Below, piece by piece: positions 62,452 to 64,000 of a stretch of 64,000 nucleotides of DNA; the first letter of the stretch is position 1; every line of letters begins with the position of its first letter. Source of the DNA: Octopus bimaculoides (lineage: Eukaryota); assembly GCF_001194135.2 (NCBI RefSeq), contig NC_068994.1, positions 59,895,565 to 59,959,564 on the forward strand. Direction: 5' to 3'. The translations under genes were made by a program, and so were the position numbers. Below the pieces are notes generated by a model. The model saw only the letters and a list, made by a program, of their open reading frames with translations, was not told where the DNA came from and did not search any database.

Positions 62452-62850
62452 GTTTAACCCTAGGTCAGCCCCAACCATAAGATCGAAGGCATTCTAACCA
62501 TGACTACCCTGTCTTTTTCAATGAACTTAGAACCTCATAATTCAATGTCTTACATTAAGAGAGTTAAGATTTGAGGAAGATCTGACTACTATTTCTAGTA
62601 TGTCAGACAACCAGGGACTTCATTGCTGTGGTGGTGGTTGTAGTTGCTGTTTAGCCTCAGGTCAGTCCTAAGTGATGATCAAAGGCTTTCCAGCCATGAC
62701 TATTCCAGCCTTAATGTCTATAAGTGTGTCTAGGACTACATTTCCCCAATGTATCTTCCTTTTTTTTTATAACAGCCAGTTGTAATGAGAAGGAGATTAG
62801 ACTGCTATTTCTAGCATATCAAGCCACTATATAGAAGTTTCCTTGTTGAA
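62452..62850 (+). mobile_element. Two adjacent family E copies
   Basis: tttaaccctaggtcagccc...gactactatttctag and tttagcctcaggtcagtcc...gactgctatttctagca. Confidence 0.65.
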
Positions 62851-63029
62851 TGAGTGTTGAGATTGTTGTTACTGATGATAAAGATGTAGATGATGGTGGT
62901 GGTGGCGGTGGCATCAGCAGCAATGATGATGATGATGACAATTTGTCTTGGCTGCTGAACATCAAGGTTGTCATTGCTCAAGAATTTAAAATTTTATTTC
63001 TACATCACCACCACCACCACCACCACCAC

Positions 63030-63200
63030 CACCATTTAACATCTCCTTTTCCATGCTGGCATGGGTTGGACACTTCAACAGGGACTGGTGAAGCAGAGGA
63101 TTGTGCCAAGCCCCAGCCTGCTTTGGATGCTGGATGCCCTTCCTAACACCAGCCCCTTTACAGAGGGTGCTGGCTGCTTTTTATTCAGCATCACCAAGAC
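63030..63200 (-). mobile_element. Family B-related tail fragment
   Basis: tttccatgctggcatgggttggac...ggatgcccttcctaacacc. Confidence 0.65.
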
Positions 63201-63406
63201 AAGACCCCTCAATTGAGGGTTGGGGAGTGGGACTAATGGTTAGGGCTTGTGACATCTAAGAACCCATCAGCCAGAAAAAACTGACACATTTACCAAGTCA
63301 ATTTATATTGTTGTAGAAAATCCATTTTGGCTGATGTCATCCAGAATCAGTTTTTGCAAATGGGAATTGCAGGTAAACTTAATCCCAGTTAAGTCAGAAC
63401 GGCTGC

Positions 63407-63409
<3 letters not shown>

Positions 63410-63490
<81 letters not shown>
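63410..63490. repeat. (CA)n microsatellite
   Basis: Direct read. Confidence 0.95.
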
Positions 63491-63493
<3 letters not shown>

Positions 63494-63624
63494 CCTACCT
63501 ACCTTAATAAATTTGTATTCTACAAAGTTTAGAGTTACCCATCAGATGAATGTAAAATCCTTTTTATTATAACTGAATATAAAAATAAACAATAACAATG
63601 TGTGTGCGTGTCATTATCATAATC

Positions 63625-63900
63625 ATTTAATGTCTGTTTTCCGTACTGGTACGAGTTGGATAGTTTGACAGAGTTTGCAGGATTGTCGAGCTCCGGTGCC
63701 TACTCTGATTTCTATGGCTGGATGCCCTTCCTAATGCCAACCACTCCGAGAGTGTAGTGGGTGCTTTTACGTGCCACCAGCACGAGGACCAGTCTAGCGG
63801 TACTGGCAACAGCCTCGCTCAAATGGTGTTTTTACGTGCCACCTGCACAGGTGCCAGTCCAGCAGCACTGGCAACGGCCTCGCTCGAATGTTTTGTTCAC
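63625..63900 (-). mobile_element. Family B copy with tandem internal modules
   Basis: ggctggatgcccttcctaatgccaaccactccgagagtgtagtgggtgcttttacgtgcc... two ~68-nt modules. Confidence 0.85.
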
Positions 63901-63964
63901 TTGCCACATATGTATTTATTGATACATATATATATATATATATATATGTGTGTATGTGTGTGTA

Positions 63965-64000
<36 letters not shown>

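Overview
This is eukaryotic, repeat-saturated, mostly non-coding DNA from a gapped short-read assembly, with about 20 N-runs that nearly all sit next to (TA)n or (CA)n. The repeat families, microsatellite load and [17 protein letters not shown]-type zinc fingers point to an octopus (inference; no database search was possible). Recognisable coding sequence is limited. There is a frameshifted tandem C2H2 zinc-finger array (43.3-44.1 kb, minus) and two spliceable exons of an unidentified S/T/P-rich protein gene (57.7-58.6 kb, minus), with a possible upstream exon ending at 62029. Decayed mobile elements include three RTE-clade LINE pieces, two CR1/L2-group pieces, a HERO-like and a Dong/R4-like RLE-type LINE, a Helitron helicase plus Helitron-like 5' end, an intact hAT MITE, and many tRNA-derived SINEs and RTE 3'-UTR copies. 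The most notable unannotated signal is a set of minimal type I hammerhead-ribozyme motifs of the Penelope-like-element type. Two of them carry a U3 core variant, and two sit in the arms of a ~220-bp near-perfect palindrome at 41.2-41.4 kb. No CRISPR array, rRNA or bona fide tRNA gene was seen. Repeat boundaries were estimated by eye.
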